From Felis catus (lineage: Eukaryota), in the NCBI RefSeq assembly GCF_018350175.1, contig NC_058368.1, positions 105,650,001-105,714,000 of the forward strand: DNA of 64,000 nucleotides, given 5' to 3'. Below are positions 24,511-38,977 of this stretch, piece by piece (position 1 is the first letter of the stretch; every line of letters begins with the position of its first letter). The position numbers and the translations under genes are program-made. The notes below the pieces were generated by a model that was given only the letters and a program-made list of their open reading frames with translations, was not told the origin of the DNA and did no database searches.

Positions 24511-24663
24511 CTTCGTCGTCTTTGGGGCACAGCTCACAGGGGTCGCCCCAGCCCTCTCCTGGCATTTTACTACAGCAACATTTTGCCTTGGTGGTGTTGA
24601 AGGCTTTGGGTACAGAACACTTTCCATTTTCGAAGTTGGTGAAGCAGAAGCTCTGGCGGGTAT
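24511..24663 (-). CDS. FBN2: FBN2 exon 50 (TB6 first part)
   Basis: 153 nt, tag|...|gtaag; [51 protein letters not shown]. Confidence 0.95.
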
Positions 24664-25344
24664 CTAGTCAAGAGAAAGCAAACATCACAGACCTCCTTCT
24701 TGGTCATTTAAAAAGATGGAATACTTCGTGTATAACTTTCTGACGGAACATTTCTCACGGGCCGAACACTGGATGCAGATGAGGTCAGCAGTGAAAAGAC
24801 AGGTCTGGAAATCCCCCAATGCTGATTTCACATGCCAATTTAAATTGACCTGTCTATAAAATTTTACATACTTATCTGAAATGTTAAAAGTGTTTTTATA
24901 ACGTCCCTAGGAAATCTGAGAAATTACGCTCAGTATTAAAATTATTTCCGTATCTCTTCTACTGTTATGTTGTAGCCTCACAAAAAAAAATTCATGTAAG
25001 TTTCAGTAAGTCATATCACATTAAAAGCAACTCATACAGCAGAGTACAAAAAATTTGGTCCAACAACAAATGGAACAGTGAAGCAAAAACAGTAATAATA
25101 ATGATAAGCAAATGAACGAAAATAATTTTTCAGTATGAAATTTAAAAAACTGTGGAAACAGGGTTGCAAATTCATAGTACCTTAAAAGGTGTCCAGTACA
25201 TTTAGTGTTGAGACCTAGATTTTTAACTCAGACGTAGTTGCCAGACACGTACTTTGTAGTGACAAACACTAGCATGATGGTTTATTGTCTATCTGTGAAG
25301 TTCCTAAGGTCAAATTATGACACAGAAGTCATTCCAAAGCTTAC

Positions 25345-25470
25345 CAAAGCATCTCCGTCCATTATCAGACAATACAAAGCCAGGCGGGCAGATGCACTGG
25401 AAGCCCCCAGGGGTATTGGTGCAGGAACCAAACAGACAGATGTTGGGATCTTCGTCGCATTCGTTTATGT
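25345..25470 (-). CDS. FBN2: FBN2 exon 49 (cbEGF31)
   Basis: 126 nt, cag|...|gtaag; [42 protein letters not shown]. Confidence 0.95.
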
Positions 25471-28141
25471 CTGGACGACAGCAGGAGAATGTATGAATTC
25501 AGGCAAATCAATACACTGTTCAGTCTTTGAAAATAAACAGTTTGTCCATACGACAATAACCCACTAGCCATTGATTATTTAATACGAAACACGAATAATG
25601 TGTATCTATAACTTGCTCTTTAAAAGTAGACGATTATTGCTTCAAAAGTCAAAGATTGTATCCAGATTCAACCAACCATATGGCCCAGACAGCCAAATAG
25701 AATTCTAGCTCCTTGCAGTGGATCCCTAGGGGTGTGTGTGTGGCCACCTGACATGACCAACTGTTCCATATCCTCCAAGTGTCACAGCCTCAGATGGTCT
25801 CCTTCTCTCATGCTCCTCTCTGCCATCCGCCATCCAAATTAAGATCCCCGAGTCACCTTTCTTCTTCCCCCTGACCTTTTAACCTTATGCAGGCAGCATG
25901 TGACCTGTTCCTTCAGCCTCCTCTGTGAATTCAACTCAACCTCACTGCCCAGATTACCGTAAATCTCCTAATAGCCTGCCGCATCTCAGTCTAGTCCCTT
26001 CACAGGGCCACCAGGTTGTTTTTCTAAACCACACATCTGCTTGAAAATCTGTGCCTGCTGGAACCAGGATGACTCGGACATGGGTCTGAGAATTTCATCA
26101 TTCCCACTCATCCCAGAACGGTTCCTTCAAATAAGGATTCCTTAGCAGTGACATTTGGCCTTTGTTTCGTTGGAAATGCTTACTGAGTTGTTTTACGTAA
26201 GTGAATAGACATTGCATAATTCCATCCACGTGAGACTGTAAGTTCCATGGGGACATGACCTATGGGTCTGTCTGGGTCACCGCAGCACAGCTTAGTCTAG
26301 CACGGTGTCAGGCACATACTACATTCTCCATTTGTATTCAGTCTTCTGGGTTGGCCACTTGATGCCCCTTACCACACTCGAGTTGGCTGTGTTTGCCAAT
26401 AGCCTCCTCTGTTCTGTTCCTTTTTTTGGTTGTAAATTCCTATACAACAGTTAAGAACCACCCCAAGTGTCACCAATCCATTGTGATGGGCTTCCCTGAC
26501 TTTCTTTTTGCCCCCACCACCAATGTTCACAGCCTCACCCTGAGCTCCCTCTGCCTTAATGTACCTCCAGTGCAGTGTCTGACCCAGTGGATCGCAAGGG
26601 TATCTTTACACGGTGGGTTTACTTACAAAATAGATCTTTTCTTTTCTGCAGTAGGTTACCAAAGGCAAGGGCTGTATCTTTTTGTAACCCCAGCACCTAA
26701 GAGGTGCAAGGTGTTCACTGTTACGTACGGTGAAAGTTGTCATCAACTTGTATGTGTATACAGGTGTAGTAAGTATATGTTCATGTTAAGTGTGTATATG
26801 GTCACATTAGAAACCATTTCATTTGGAAAAATTGGTAGAAGAGATTCTAGCCTGAAGGAAATAGTCTTGCAGTGCAGTTAATTAAAAATGTACTTTTCAG
26901 AAATGCAAAATAGGAGCGTTGCTAACAGTAAGAAAAAAATGGTTCTGCAGTTTAGTAAAATGTTACTGGGTCAGAGATTTCTTTTTTTCCACAAAGAGAA
27001 AAAGCAGCTGAGTCTTTCTGACACAAAGAAGCCTATGTATCTTTTCCCTCCTAATGGCGGACATACCGCTGCCATCATTGTTCCACAAAGGGATGTGTTA
27101 TGGGAAAAATGAAGAACTGAGATTAAATACGGAATAAAGAAAATGAAAGGATCTTAAACTTTTCAAGAAGGTTTTTATTAAGATGCTTCTAGGATTTATT
27201 ATCTTTTAAGTATTAAAAACACTAGGCAATTTTACAGCGCACTACACGGATCAAGAAAGGGAAAAGATATTAAGGCCAAACTCGTAAGACTAGGGATGAT
27301 AGCTCCACTATATGAAATCACATGGACTGAAAAATAATTAAACTTGATCAAGTAAACGGTTTCCTTCAGTTCTGTCCATATAGGTCCCTTGAAAGTGAAC
27401 AGTAGAGCTACAAAGAATTTTTGTTTAATTGGACAACTACAAGGCAAAACAAAACAAAAGCAAAAAACCCTCAGCAATCACTTCATGTTAGAAGAACCAC
27501 ACCAAGATGGTGCTTCTGAATTTCAACAAGACTGTAAAAAATAATTTGTATAAAAGTGAAATTAAGTAACTGTAAAAAGGTCGGCCTTCATCATGTTCAC
27601 CAGGCAGTTCTGGAACCCACTTTTGATGTGGTTACAGTGTTCTCGTATGCTGGAGGAGTTTCAGCATAAAAACATCTGTTATGACAAATGGATTAATATT
27701 TTCTGTTTTGACATGAGGCCTTCCCAAGGAAAAAAATGTCTCAACGGCATGGTCAAGATTTTCTGCTACACATTTCTAGGACTCCAGACACCTTTAATAG
27801 CTGCTTTAAAATTGGTTGCCAAAGATTACAATTTTTGTAGACTCTCTTTAAATTCAGGAGAAAGTCTCTGTTGACATTTGGAAAAAAGATCAGAGTGCAC
27901 TGAAAATTCTCTCACTAGTATAGCATTTCTGTTCATGACCAGCCCCACATCCCTAAATTCTTTATCCCTACGTTCAAAAGGATTCTGATGGTTCCACAAT
28001 GCAGATGTAGTCTGCTACACGTTGCATCCCCTAGGTCAGCCTGCTTGCACTGGTTTGGATTTAGTATACTTCCAAAGGGTCTTTACCCAGCCTGTCTTAC
28101 ACCAAACAGCTCGTGGACCTCCGAACAAATGTTAACCTTAC

Positions 28142-28261
28142 CGATGCAGTTCTCGCTTTTCACTTCATACCCTGGCGGACAGATGCACCTGAAGGACCCT
28201 TCCAAATTCTGACAGGTACCAGGAGAACAAGAGCCAGGAAGGGCAACACACTCATTAGTAT
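28142..28261 (-). CDS. FBN2: FBN2 exon 48 (cbEGF30)
   Basis: 120 nt, aag|...|gtaag; [40 protein letters not shown]. Confidence 0.95.
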
Positions 28262-28693
28262 CTTTAAAGAGAAAGGAGAAAAAAAAATGATTTAACTATG
28301 AGATGACTGCTGCCAAACGATACTAACATGAATTCAACTTGCTCTCTCTGATCTGTCAGGTCACTATGGACAAATTTGCCCTGAGATACTCTTTTGACAT
28401 CTTGAGTATTACTCATTTGGCAAGAGGCTAATTTTCCTGATTTGTTTCCTTCGTCTCCTTTTATGGAGACATGGATAGCCCCAAGCTCTCTTCCAATAAA
28501 AGCATTGCAGACAAGTCATTCCCAATTGTTGGCGTTGTCCTTACACCAAAATTTCCCATGGTATCTTATTTTCGCCAAGTGATCAGATGATCCCATGACA
28601 TGTGAATGGAGTTCCCAGGTGTGTGTGTAGGGCTGGGGGAGTCACATCCTTATTTAACAAAATACAAAGACTTTTTATTGTGTTGCTACTTAC

Positions 28694-28822
28694 CTATACA
28701 GTTCTTGCCATCTGGAGTAAGTTCATAACCTTCATTACATAAACACTTGAAGGAGCCAATTTCATTAAAACACCGTCCATTTCTGCACACCTGACCAAAA
28801 AAGGAACTGCACTCATCTATGT
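28694..28822 (-). CDS. FBN2: FBN2 exon 47 (cbEGF29)
   Basis: 129 nt, cag|...|gtaag; [43 protein letters not shown]. Confidence 0.95.
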
Positions 28823-30392
28823 CTGTAAGCAAATGAGAATTAGCTTTCAGGGAGAGCTCTTACATGCATATGATGTTACACGTTGCAATGTCAAAGCATA
28901 CTCATTGGTATGCATTTACAAACATGCTTCATTACAATTCCTCATCAATACAGAGAAAAATGGCTCATAAGGATCATGTGACTAAGACCATGTAGATCCC
29001 TAGTATATCTCAACCATACTTTTTGATATTAATATAACAAATTTATAACCAGATAAAAACTGAAGGTTTACATGTAGTGAAGACTTCTATTCTTTTCAAA
29101 TGAAAACTATTTCTTTTCCTGGAGACAAGAACGTATACAGATTTAACCTGACAGCCTAGTTTGCAGATGACTTTACCTGGAGATAAGCTGAGTATATTCA
29201 AAGGACAAATAATGGGGCATATTAAATACAGAAAAATACATTATAATACAAATACTCTAGGACTGCTGACATGTGTTTTGCTGACAAAATGCAGAATCTG
29301 AAAAAAATATCTTAAGTTTCAGTTCAGCTTAGGGCTGACTGCATTTGGGTACTTTTCTCAGTTGTCTGAAGGCTGTGCACTCTGATCAGAGCCATAGCAA
29401 TGTGTCTTCAGCTCTCCCTGGTTGTACAAAGGATCTGAGAAACTAGAGACAAGAAGGTGGTACTTGAAACAATGTCCAATTAGCTCTAAATTTTGTTCAC
29501 AATGGCAGAATTTTGAAAAAGAAAAAACAAACCAAAACAAAATTGAGAAGTGCGTGTTTTGGGGTAAATCAGAGGTGCATTTGAGCTGTGCTGATCCCAT
29601 CATGGTAGAAAGCCGAAGACATTATAGGACCAGGTGAACAAAGACACATTAGTTGGGACGCACCAGCGCAGTGCCTGACACGTGGTCAACATTTGTCCTT
29701 TCTCTTGCTGTGTCCTCCATCAACTTCAGGAACCTCCCCTACTCACTGCCAACCCTTGTTTTAATCGTTGTCATTTAGGGGTAAACGATACAATCCTGTA
29801 CCACACAGAGCCGATACTTTTTAAGTTTCCACTGAAAATTTACAGTTGTTCAACAACTGAAATCAAATAGGTTTCTGAGGGCTGACCTGGACACCTAGCC
29901 ACTGGCTCACCATTTCTGTGGGAAAAGGCATCTGTGGCTTCAAAGGCTGACAGAAAATAAAAAAAGTTTCAAGACACAACATATTTTTAAGTTGGAGACT
30001 CTGTCAGTATTCGAATATAAATCAAGAATGCGTTGTTTGAAATACTTGGAATAACACTGGAGCAATGACAGGTCTATCTTCGATCCCATTTAAGGGGTAA
30101 AAATAACTTCAAATCATAGAGTAATCCCAGTAGATTTACTATCGTCTTCATGGCTTGCCCCCTGTATCGATGGATTGATTGACAGAAGTGCTGAACACAG
30201 CAGATTGTCCTGTGATTATTTAAGCCAATACTGTGACTTCAGTTCAGTGGAAATGAGTCAATGTTATTACAATACTTTTCGGCACCTATCAGCAACTTCA
30301 GGGATAAAAACATCTGATTTCCTCTGGTTTTATTCCTTATTCCAGTATATTATATGGACATAAATAGAAGCAATAAAGGACTGAGAACTTAC

Positions 30393-30509
30393 CCAGGCAA
30401 TCATTATTATGAGTGAGTTCAAACCCTGGGTAGCAGAGACAGTTATAGGATCCAACCGTGTTTTTACAAGTCCCGTTTCCACACGGATGTCGCTCACACT
30501 CGTCAACAT
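30393..30509 (-). CDS. FBN2: FBN2 exon 46 (cbEGF28)
   Basis: 117 nt, tag|...|gtaag; [39 protein letters not shown]. Confidence 0.95.
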
Positions 30510-32326
30510 CTACAAAGAAACATTGGCTCCAAGGAATTCAATTTTTTAACTAGAAAAACACAGCCTGTTAAAGATTTACATTTTTAAAAAGTACAGAGTC
30601 ACTTATATTTTCCTCATTCAACACTTAGGAACCCCTATTTATTTCGGGAAAATGAGCATGAGGTGGAGAAAACTCTAAATTATAAAATTATCAGATGCGG
30701 TGCTGTTGAGTGACTTACAGGCTCATATGGCTAAGCAAGCATCCCCTTGAGTGCAGATGTTTTAACGAATAGGTTTGCTTGTCAACTTTGTAAGGAAACC
30801 AGTCTTCTGAAACCCTAAACAATTTGTTCTATTAAGCATTATCAACACCACTTCCCCAGAAATTTACATACATTAATTTGATCAGCACAACACAGACAAA
30901 TTTTAGTTTCCTAAACTTTATGAGTTAACAGAATCCACACTGAAGATGTCTATTATAACTCATTAGTATTAGCCTTCAAGAAATGGAATTTAAAAAAAAC
31001 GTTTAGAAAGGACTCTTCCTAGAAGACAACAGATTCCCTACATAATTAATTCCAGGCTGTGCGAACTCTTCTTCTATGCAAAAAAAAAGTAATGTTTCTT
31101 AGGAAGAAAGCTTTGTTGAAGAGTAGTATTATGAAGGAGTCTCACTGACTTTCATCATGAATGAATTATTAGAATCGAGGGCCTATTTTCTCCATATAAA
31201 TATCTGAATCAAATCTCATGTTTAGCAAATCATGTTATCTCTCTTACAGAGTACAGCCAGGAGAAGCATGCGTGAGCAAGAATTCTCAGAAAGTTCATGC
31301 AAATAGGGCAGATCCTCTATTTGTCTTTTGCACAGCATCTCCTAGACAGTTTTTTCCACCACCATGGCCCAAGTCCACAGGGAGGTCATAGGAGGCAACG
31401 TTTTCCGGGCAGTCCTTGTTGTATGGATATGTCATAAAGGAAAGCAGTTCTATGGTGCTGAAATCTGACATTACTTTTCAGATAGGTAGTATCTTTAATA
31501 CCAAAATAGTAGATGCATAACTTCAGCTTTTCCTAAACTCAGAATGTGCTAATTATACATAGCCAAGTATTTAATGTAATTTTCCTCCTTCAAGTGCAAA
31601 GCAGGGAGAACTGTTTTGGCCGAGATAGGAGCCCATAGTCGACATCAGATTAAAGGAGTTACACTGAGTTCCAAGGGTGGGCTCCATAAGGGCCAGCCAG
31701 CCTATCTGCCTTTGCAATCTCATCACCTGTCAGCTCAGCAAGTACTTACTGAACATTATTACTGCTCAGTTACCCATTACATTAGCTATGGGGACATTTA
31801 AGAGAGTTTTGGTACATTTCCTCCTAAAAATATTTTTTTAAGAGTTAAAACACAAAAGAAGCAGGTAAGTCCCATGTACTCAATGATTTTGGGAAAAGGT
31901 GTATAAGATGTGTGTATGTGTGTGTCTATATATTCATCTCAACCCTCTTGCTCCTACTACTATTACCACTCCCTTAAATTCTTGCAGCTGGAAAGGTTTT
32001 CTTAAATGGGACCAGAGAAGGGCAAAGGGCCACTGGGTACTGTGGGGACGTCCACATAACCTGAAGTGTCCCAGAGTACGTGGTAAAGTGTGTGAAACGC
32101 ATCTGGGCAAAAAGGCTGTGAACAGTGAACCAGAGAGCCAACCGTGGTGTCCCCCTGCTTGCAAATTTTACATTCAACGAAGGCATAAATGGTTTAACAG
32201 AGCTAACTTTTGGCCAAGACGGTTTCTGACAGAGACGTGGTAGTCAGTCACAGCAAGTGGCCGACCCATAGTCTCTTCTGGAGTCTCAGGTCACTCCTCT
32301 CCTGGAACTCAGGTCCTCCCTCTTAC

Positions 32327-32452
32327 CCATGCACATGGTCTGGTCCTGGGAAGCTTTAAAGCCATTGTGGCAGATGCACTGGTAACTTCCTTGCAAATCC
32401 ACACACAGGCCATGACTGCAAACATTAGGAATTTCTAAACATTCGTTGCGAT
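32327..32452 (-). CDS. FBN2: FBN2 exon 45 (cbEGF27)
   Basis: 126 nt, tag|...|gtaag; [42 protein letters not shown]. Confidence 0.95.
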
Positions 32453-32913
32453 CTAAAACAAAAAATAAAACACATGTTAGACATATCTGATTTTTATTAA
32501 GATTCCTTCATTTTTTCACAGGCATGTTTCTATAACCTGCTACTAATTATTACAGACAGGCTGAGAATGAACCATAACAACGGCTGAATCAAAAAAAAGC
32601 AAGGCTTTAAACTCTCCAAGACTTAAAAAAATTAGGCAATTCTTACACGGTGATGGGTATCTCAGGGATACTATTTCATTTTAGGTCTAATCTTTAGAAA
32701 ATCCAATTGAAGAGATTTCTTTTACCTAACCAAAAACAAACAAACAAACAAAAAACTAAAATACATGGCAAAATAGTTCAATATGAATGAAAAGATTTAC
32801 TTAGAAAATCATTTCAAAATTATCTCCGAAAATATTTTTTGGTAGGAAAGCACGGACGACTGCTTAGTGCAGGGAACACAGAATGCTGGGCAAGGAGTCA
32901 GTCTCTCTCTCAC

Positions 32914-33039
32914 CTACGCAGGCTCCGTTGGGGGACAGTTTGAAGCCCGCGGCACATTCGCAGCGGTAACTCCCGGGGCTGTTGAGGCAGTCTGCGTTCC
33001 GCTGGCACAGATTATCACCGTTGCTGCACTCGTCGATAT
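32914..33039 (-). CDS. FBN2: FBN2 exon 44 (cbEGF26)
   Basis: 126 nt, cag|...|gtgag; [42 protein letters not shown]. Confidence 0.95.
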   Translation of the reverse strand: MSTSAATVIICASGTQTASTAPGVTAANVPRASNCPPTEPA

Positions 33040-33222
33040 CTGAAAGAGCAACAGTTCCATTTAAAGAACTTCCTCACTCCATTACTATGACATTCGCTTC
33101 ACTAGTTTGGTGACCCGCTCTTCGGTACTGTAGAAGAAACCATAAAAACCGGAAAACCGTCCAAAAATCATTTATGTCTACCAAACTTTCCTGGCTAGGG
33201 GGTCATGCATCATTCAGATTAC

Positions 33223-33348
33223 CTTCACAGACCAGGAGCAGGTCATTGTAACTGAAGCCCGTAGGGCATTCACAGCGGAAACTGCCAATCTGGTTGATGC
33301 ACACGCCGTTGGCACAAATGCCTGGAATCTCTTTACATTCATCAATGT
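33223..33348 (-). CDS. FBN2: FBN2 exon 43 (cbEGF25)
   Basis: 126 nt, cag|...|gtaat; [42 protein letters not shown]. Confidence 0.95.
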
Positions 33349-34224
33349 CTGAAAATGAACAGATTCGGTCAAATGTACACGGCTCTGCTTAATGTATGTA
33401 TCATAAAAACCTCCGATAATGTTATGGGTATGCTGGAATGAGAACACACACTGTCACAAAAATAAATTTTAACACTGATATGAATGATATCTGAATTTAC
33501 AAAAGCACATAAGGCCATATAACAGCCTATTTCTCTTTAAACAGTGTTGGTAATATAAGTAGCTGATCAATATATCAGGTGATTTTACTGTCAATGTAGT
33601 AAATAAACTTCCTAGAGAATCAAACTTCAAGTTACGTTTCGGGCTCCCCTAACTGCTGCTACTCATGTAATGATGAAAGGTATGTGTCCTTAATTATCTG
33701 TACCTTGTTATATACGTATTGATAATGGAGACTTAAAATTATATTGCTTACTTAGTCTTTGAGGAAGAAAAGCAGAATGAACAGAAAGTACATTCAGCAA
33801 AAATTAATGTGGATAATTAATAATTCTGCAAATTCCAAGGTACATCAGTAGAAAGGGACACTGCAAAAATACACCAAAAACATAAACATATACTTAAGGA
33901 AAAGAGAGACTGAAGGTTACAATATAGTGGATTGTTTAGAGTCTTCGTGGAAAGGAAAATTAAGATTTCAGCTTGAAATGTATGAAATCTTGAGATAGTC
34001 CTGGAACTATCCTAACTCAATCACCAGACTATGCTGACGGAATAAAACCATTATTAACACTTGGGTCGAGTCTGTAAACATGTTAGGTCTTTCTTGCCTA
34101 ACTATATTAGATCAGAATCCAGATTATTATATTTCAAGGCACTTTAAACTTTAAAAACACTGAACAGACTTTCAAATAATGCTACCTGTAGGTATTAAAA
34201 TAAACATAATCTGGAAGAACTTAC

Positions 34225-34293
34225 CAACAGCTTTTCCAGTGTGAATGTCAAAGGTGAATCCAGGGATATTTCCACATATGGTCTTGAAGTCAG
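34225..34293 (-). CDS. FBN2: FBN2 exon 42 (TB5 second part)
   Basis: 69 nt, aag|...|gtaag; [23 protein letters not shown]. Confidence 0.93.
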
Positions 34294-34897
34294 CTTTAAA
34301 ATATAAATGAAACAAATGCACTCTTAAAATTCTCAAACTCATTTCAGGTAACATTTTACATACTACTGCTTGCACTGACAATTATATTTATATTACTCAC
34401 AAGCATACATTTTAATTTCAGTTATATTTACTCACTAACAGTACCAGCTTCTGCGAGAAGTAGATCTAGGCATTCTTTACCATTATTTTCATCATTAACT
34501 TTTTACTGCTCTTGTGTTAGAAGGAAATCATTATGAGATTCAAAATATCTACTTTAGGCATTTAAATTCTTCTGTTCTTTGGAAATGCAGATCTTTAATA
34601 ATGGTCCAGTTTATTCACACTGGAAAACCAGGTTAGGTTAGGAATTTAAAAAGGAATTAAAAATTGCACATAGGCAGAAGTGTGCAAAAAACAGTCTCAC
34701 AGTGTGAAACAAACAATGAGAAATGAATGAGACATGAATTTTGTCTTATTTTTTTAAACATAAATGTCTTGTTAAAATATGAAATTTGAGGCATCAGAAA
34801 CAACGCATCATAGAATAAAACAGAGACCATAACAGTTATCCCTACACATAATCCACCAAACTAATAGAAATATAAAATTCTAATCTTTTTAAATGTC

Positions 34898-35078
34898 TTT
34901 TTTTTTAATTTATTTATTTAAGAGAGACAGAGACACAGAGATGGAGGGGCAGAGAGAGAGAATATCCTAAGCAGGCTCTGCACTGCTAGTGGGCCTGGAA
35001 CCTACAAACCATGAGATCATGACCTGAGCCGAAATCAAGAGTTGGGTGCCTAACCAACTGAGCCACCCTGGCACCCCC
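34898..35078 (-). mobile_element. CAN-SINE
   Basis: Reverse-complement SINE ending agccaccctggcacccc. Confidence 0.85.
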
Positions 35079-36621
35079 CCAATTTTAATTTTCTAATTTC
35101 CACTCTGATCAGATTGCTTCTGATGCCCATGGTGACACATGTGAGTAAACCTCCTGAAAACCATACTAGGTAAAACACATACTGTATACTACCTACCAAG
35201 CGCTATCAAAGGAGGAACTCTAGGTTTCATCCACCAAAACTCACTGAGTATCCACATCACATACAGGGGCACACAATAAATAGATGCTCAATTCAATGGT
35301 GTCTAACTGCCTGCCAATGCACCAATTATAATTTATATGCATCCTCTCATTTACTATAACCACATGAGTGAGTTACTGTCATTTTTAATTTATTATCTCT
35401 ATTCTATATATGAGGAATCCATTTCACAAAGGAGAAAAGGATCTGCCGAAGGTCAGATAATAGCAGAGCTGCAATATAAATACAGACCTGTCCTCTTACA
35501 CCTAAGCCTCACCCTATAGTTCCTCTTACAAAAAGTGGTATTTAATTTCCCAAATCAGTGATCTTCAACCTCGTGATGGGAGTTTTTAAATTAGAGAATT
35601 GTAAAATGTTTCCATTTGTTTTTTTTGTTTTTGTTTTTGTTTTTTGGAGGAAAACTATGGCAAGCGAGTTATGAACATCCATTTGCCCACTGATTTAGAG
35701 CCGCTGAGAAAGACTCCACAGGTCACTCTTCATCATTTTTCTCCTTACCTTTCATTTCATCCCCACATTAATTATATCATTATATTAAATGGAACATTTA
35801 AATATATACATACCCTAAGCAATACCTGGCCACAAATGCAAAATCATTGTTTCTTACTTGTCCTATTGGTTCAAAGTTTAGTATCAACTATTAAACTAAA
35901 CAGTATACAACTATTAAAAGTAACCACTTCCTACATCACAATAGAGCCTGAATGGGCAACAGTTTTAGGATATTTTTTTGGTTCTTGTAGCTATTCTCTT
36001 TTAGTTTTTCTTTCAAAAGAATCTGAGCTTTTGAGAAAAGTTTTACCACATGAAGACAAGTTTTATTTTCTGCCTAAAAATTTCAGATACATTTGGGGAA
36101 AAAACACATAAGAAACATGTTGGCAATAGGTTGCTTTCATGTACAGTTTGCTTGTCAAATCCTTTTTTTTTTTTTTTTGCATATTTTCAAGACTGAAACT
36201 AAAACAATACTTAATGAATTTGATGGACCTGAAGTTACCGCAAGTTTTTAAATCAAAATATTATACCTTCCGGGTTGAGCACAATGACAAATAGTTGCTC
36301 AATAAATATCTGCTTGATGAATAAATGAATAATCAACTAGTACAGTGTAAAATAATGAATTTAAGTGGACCGGGGCTGTAAATTTTAGCTGTTTAGCAGT
36401 AGAGCCTGTTTTCAACATCCCAGACTTCCCCTCAAAAGATATGCCAGGAATCAGTATCTGAGCCCCAAGAAGGGCCACTTGGGAGACTGGCTGTATGTTC
36501 CTGGACATTCTCAGAACTAAACACGTGTGGTTTTAGTTCACATTTGCTTTTTACTATGTGGTCACATAGGTGTATGTGTCACCGGCCTGGCCTCTGGCAG
36601 AAGCATGAGCTATGTGCTCAC

Positions 36622-36774
36622 CTGTTCCTGGTGTTGGGCACGGCTCACAGGGTTTGTTCCACGCTTTGCCCACATTGTACGTGCAGCAGCACATCCTCTT
36701 TGTCACATTAAAAGGCAATTCATTCTCACAAGTGGTTCCGTTATAGCTCCGGTAGCAAAAGCTTTTTCTCATGT
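36622..36774 (-). CDS. FBN2: FBN2 exon 41 (TB5 first part)
   Basis: 153 nt, tag|...|gtgag; [51 protein letters not shown]. Confidence 0.95.
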
Positions 36775-37399
36775 CTATGAGCAGAAAAACAAGCCAATCA
36801 GTCACAATCATAGCAGGAGGCAGCTAACAGTGGAGTCCACATACCTGGAGACACCAAACCTTCTTGATTAATAACTCCAGAATATTCCTCGGTCATTTGG
36901 AGGTATCTTAAAATAATTCTTTAAGTTGAATCTAAATCACTTCTAGGTTAACAGCTACGTCTCCTGTTTTCAAACGGGATTTCATTTATAATTTTCTTAG
37001 GAAAAAAATTAACAGGTATTTGTTTCTCTACTCAAATGCATTTATTTAATTTTAAAAGTAACACATATTAAATACATATTTTATTTTAAACATTCTATTA
37101 TTTGTAAGATAATGTTTACTTTACATGAATGGAAAACAAAAATTATTTAGGAATAGAAAATCAAAACATTTGATGAAATGTTGTATATCAGACTTAAGCT
37201 TTTTAAAGCTAACTATATAGTCCAAGTTCAAAAACATAATACAGAGTCAGAAGTATGTAAGACTTTGAGATACTTCATCATTCATAAACACCTTCCAACC
37301 TTTCTGAACAATAATTCTGAGACACAAGTGCCTGAAATACAAGTGCTGGCTGGGAAGCTAACAACCGTGACCTAATTATTCTCTGAGACCATTACCTAC

Positions 37400-37525
37400 C
37401 CATGCAGTTGTGGCCTCCATTGACCTGCATGTATTCAGGCGGGCAAATGCAGGTGTAATTGCCCAGCGTGTTGTAGCAGGTCCCAGGCCCACACACACCA
37501 GGATGTGCAAAACACTCATCAATAT
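37400..37525 (-). CDS. FBN2: FBN2 exon 40 (cbEGF24)
   Basis: 126 nt, tag|...|gtagg; [42 protein letters not shown]. Confidence 0.95.
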
Positions 37526-37825
37526 CTAGAGTGGGCAAGAATATCCATTAATTGATGAAGTTATTTTTCCATGAATTTATATTATTTAAACTACTAAACA
37601 AAGTATATTGCCAATTCCCCAAATCCATATTTTTTTAAAAATTATAATTTAAAGCAATTATACTGAAAATACCCCCCAAATACTATTTACATGGCAAAAA
37701 GTGTGTCTTTTTCAAAGAAAAAAAAAATGCCAGTGTTAAAAAACAAAGACGATCAAAAGACATTTTTCTAAACTGGTAAAAATAATGTGAATGCTCCTAT
37801 TTTTTCAAATAAAATTTTAAGTGAG

Positions 37826-38032
37826 TTTTTTTTAATGTTTATTTATTTTTGAGACAGAGACAGAGCATGAACGGGGGAGTGTCAGAGAGAGAGGGAGACA
37901 CACAATCTGAAGCAGGCTCCAGGCTCTAAGCTGTCAGCACAGAGCCTGATGCGGGGCTCGAACTCACGGACCGTGAGATCATGACCTGAGCCGAAGTCGG
38001 ACGCTTAACTGACGCAGCCACCCAGGCACCCC
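37826..38032 (-). mobile_element. CAN-SINE
   Basis: Reverse-complement SINE; TSD ttaagtga. Confidence 0.88.
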
Positions 38033-38160
38033 TTAAGTGAAAGTTTTAAGTGAAATTCCATATTCTTCAAATGGAACTGCTTTAAAGCTTACTGTTCACT
38101 TACGTCATTTAAACCAGTACCAACTTTAAAATGAATGCAGTTAGGAAAGCCTTTATCTTT

Positions 38161-38460
38161 TTTTTTAATTTAATAGGTGACCCACAGTGTCACATCAGTT
38201 TCAGCTGTACAACTGAGTGATCTGACAAGTTTATACATTATGCTATGTTCACTGCTACCATCTGTCCCATTACACTGTTATTACGATATCAGTGACTGTA
38301 TTCCTTATGCTGTGGCTTTTACTCCCTTGACCTCTTCATCCTGAAACTGGAAGCCTGTGTCTCCTTCTCCTCTTTACCTAATTTTCCCCATCTTCCCACT
38401 CCCCTGCCTTCTGGAAAACATCAGCTTGTTCTCTGGGTTTATAGGTCTGATTCTGAGGAC
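38161..38460 (-). mobile_element. 5'-truncated L1 (3'UTR only)
   Basis: T tail and a 3'UTR resembling the reverse complement of about 19050-19350; TSD agcctttatcttt at 38148-38160 and 38461-38473. Confidence 0.8.
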
Positions 38461-38677
38461 AGCCTTTATCTTTATAGCTCCTTTCAAGTGAGTACCCCAT
38501 TCACGGATTCCAGAAGTATCACAGATGCTAGTTATTCTCTTTATTAAATCATCCTTCTTCCAGAAGCATTCACCTAACACGTTCTAAAACAAAGGTTATG
38601 GCATTTTCATATTTCTGGAGATGGGGAGAGACTCGTATACTCTGGCGAGAGGGGGGAGAGGGAACGTGGTTTGAAAC

Positions 38678-38977
38678 ATGGCAGACGACGTGGACCAGCA
38701 ACGAACTACCCACACCATAGAAGAACCCCTGGGTCTCATCAGGCTCAGCCTGAATGAGCGAATTTATATGAAAATGAGAAACCAAAGAGAACTCCCACCC
38801 AGATTACATGCTCATGATGAGCACTTAAAAATGATATTGGGGGATGTGGAAGAAACTATGACTACTACAGAAATTGATAAGGAAACATACAAGATATCTA
38901 AGTCAACAAAACGGAGTATTCCAACGGTCTTGGTCCGGGGAGTTGCACTAGTTGCCTCTCCATTAACAGTTGGCTGA
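38678..38977 (+). pseudogene. LSM3: LSM3 (U6 snRNA-associated Sm-like protein) processed copy; intronless, 99-codon open frame, antisense within FBN2 intron 39
   Basis: [38 protein letters not shown]...MILGDVEET...STKRSIP...LVASPLTVG* aligns end to end with LSM3 as recalled (102 aa). No introns; AATAAA at 39209-39214; conserved Sm-motif residues are changed. Confidence 0.9.

Noticed and set aside
26393..26881. 162-aa plus-strand ORF, and similar ORFs at 35644-36111 and 42729-43169
   Set aside because: Non-ATG starts, low-information composition and no recognisable domain; consistent with chance intronic ORFs.
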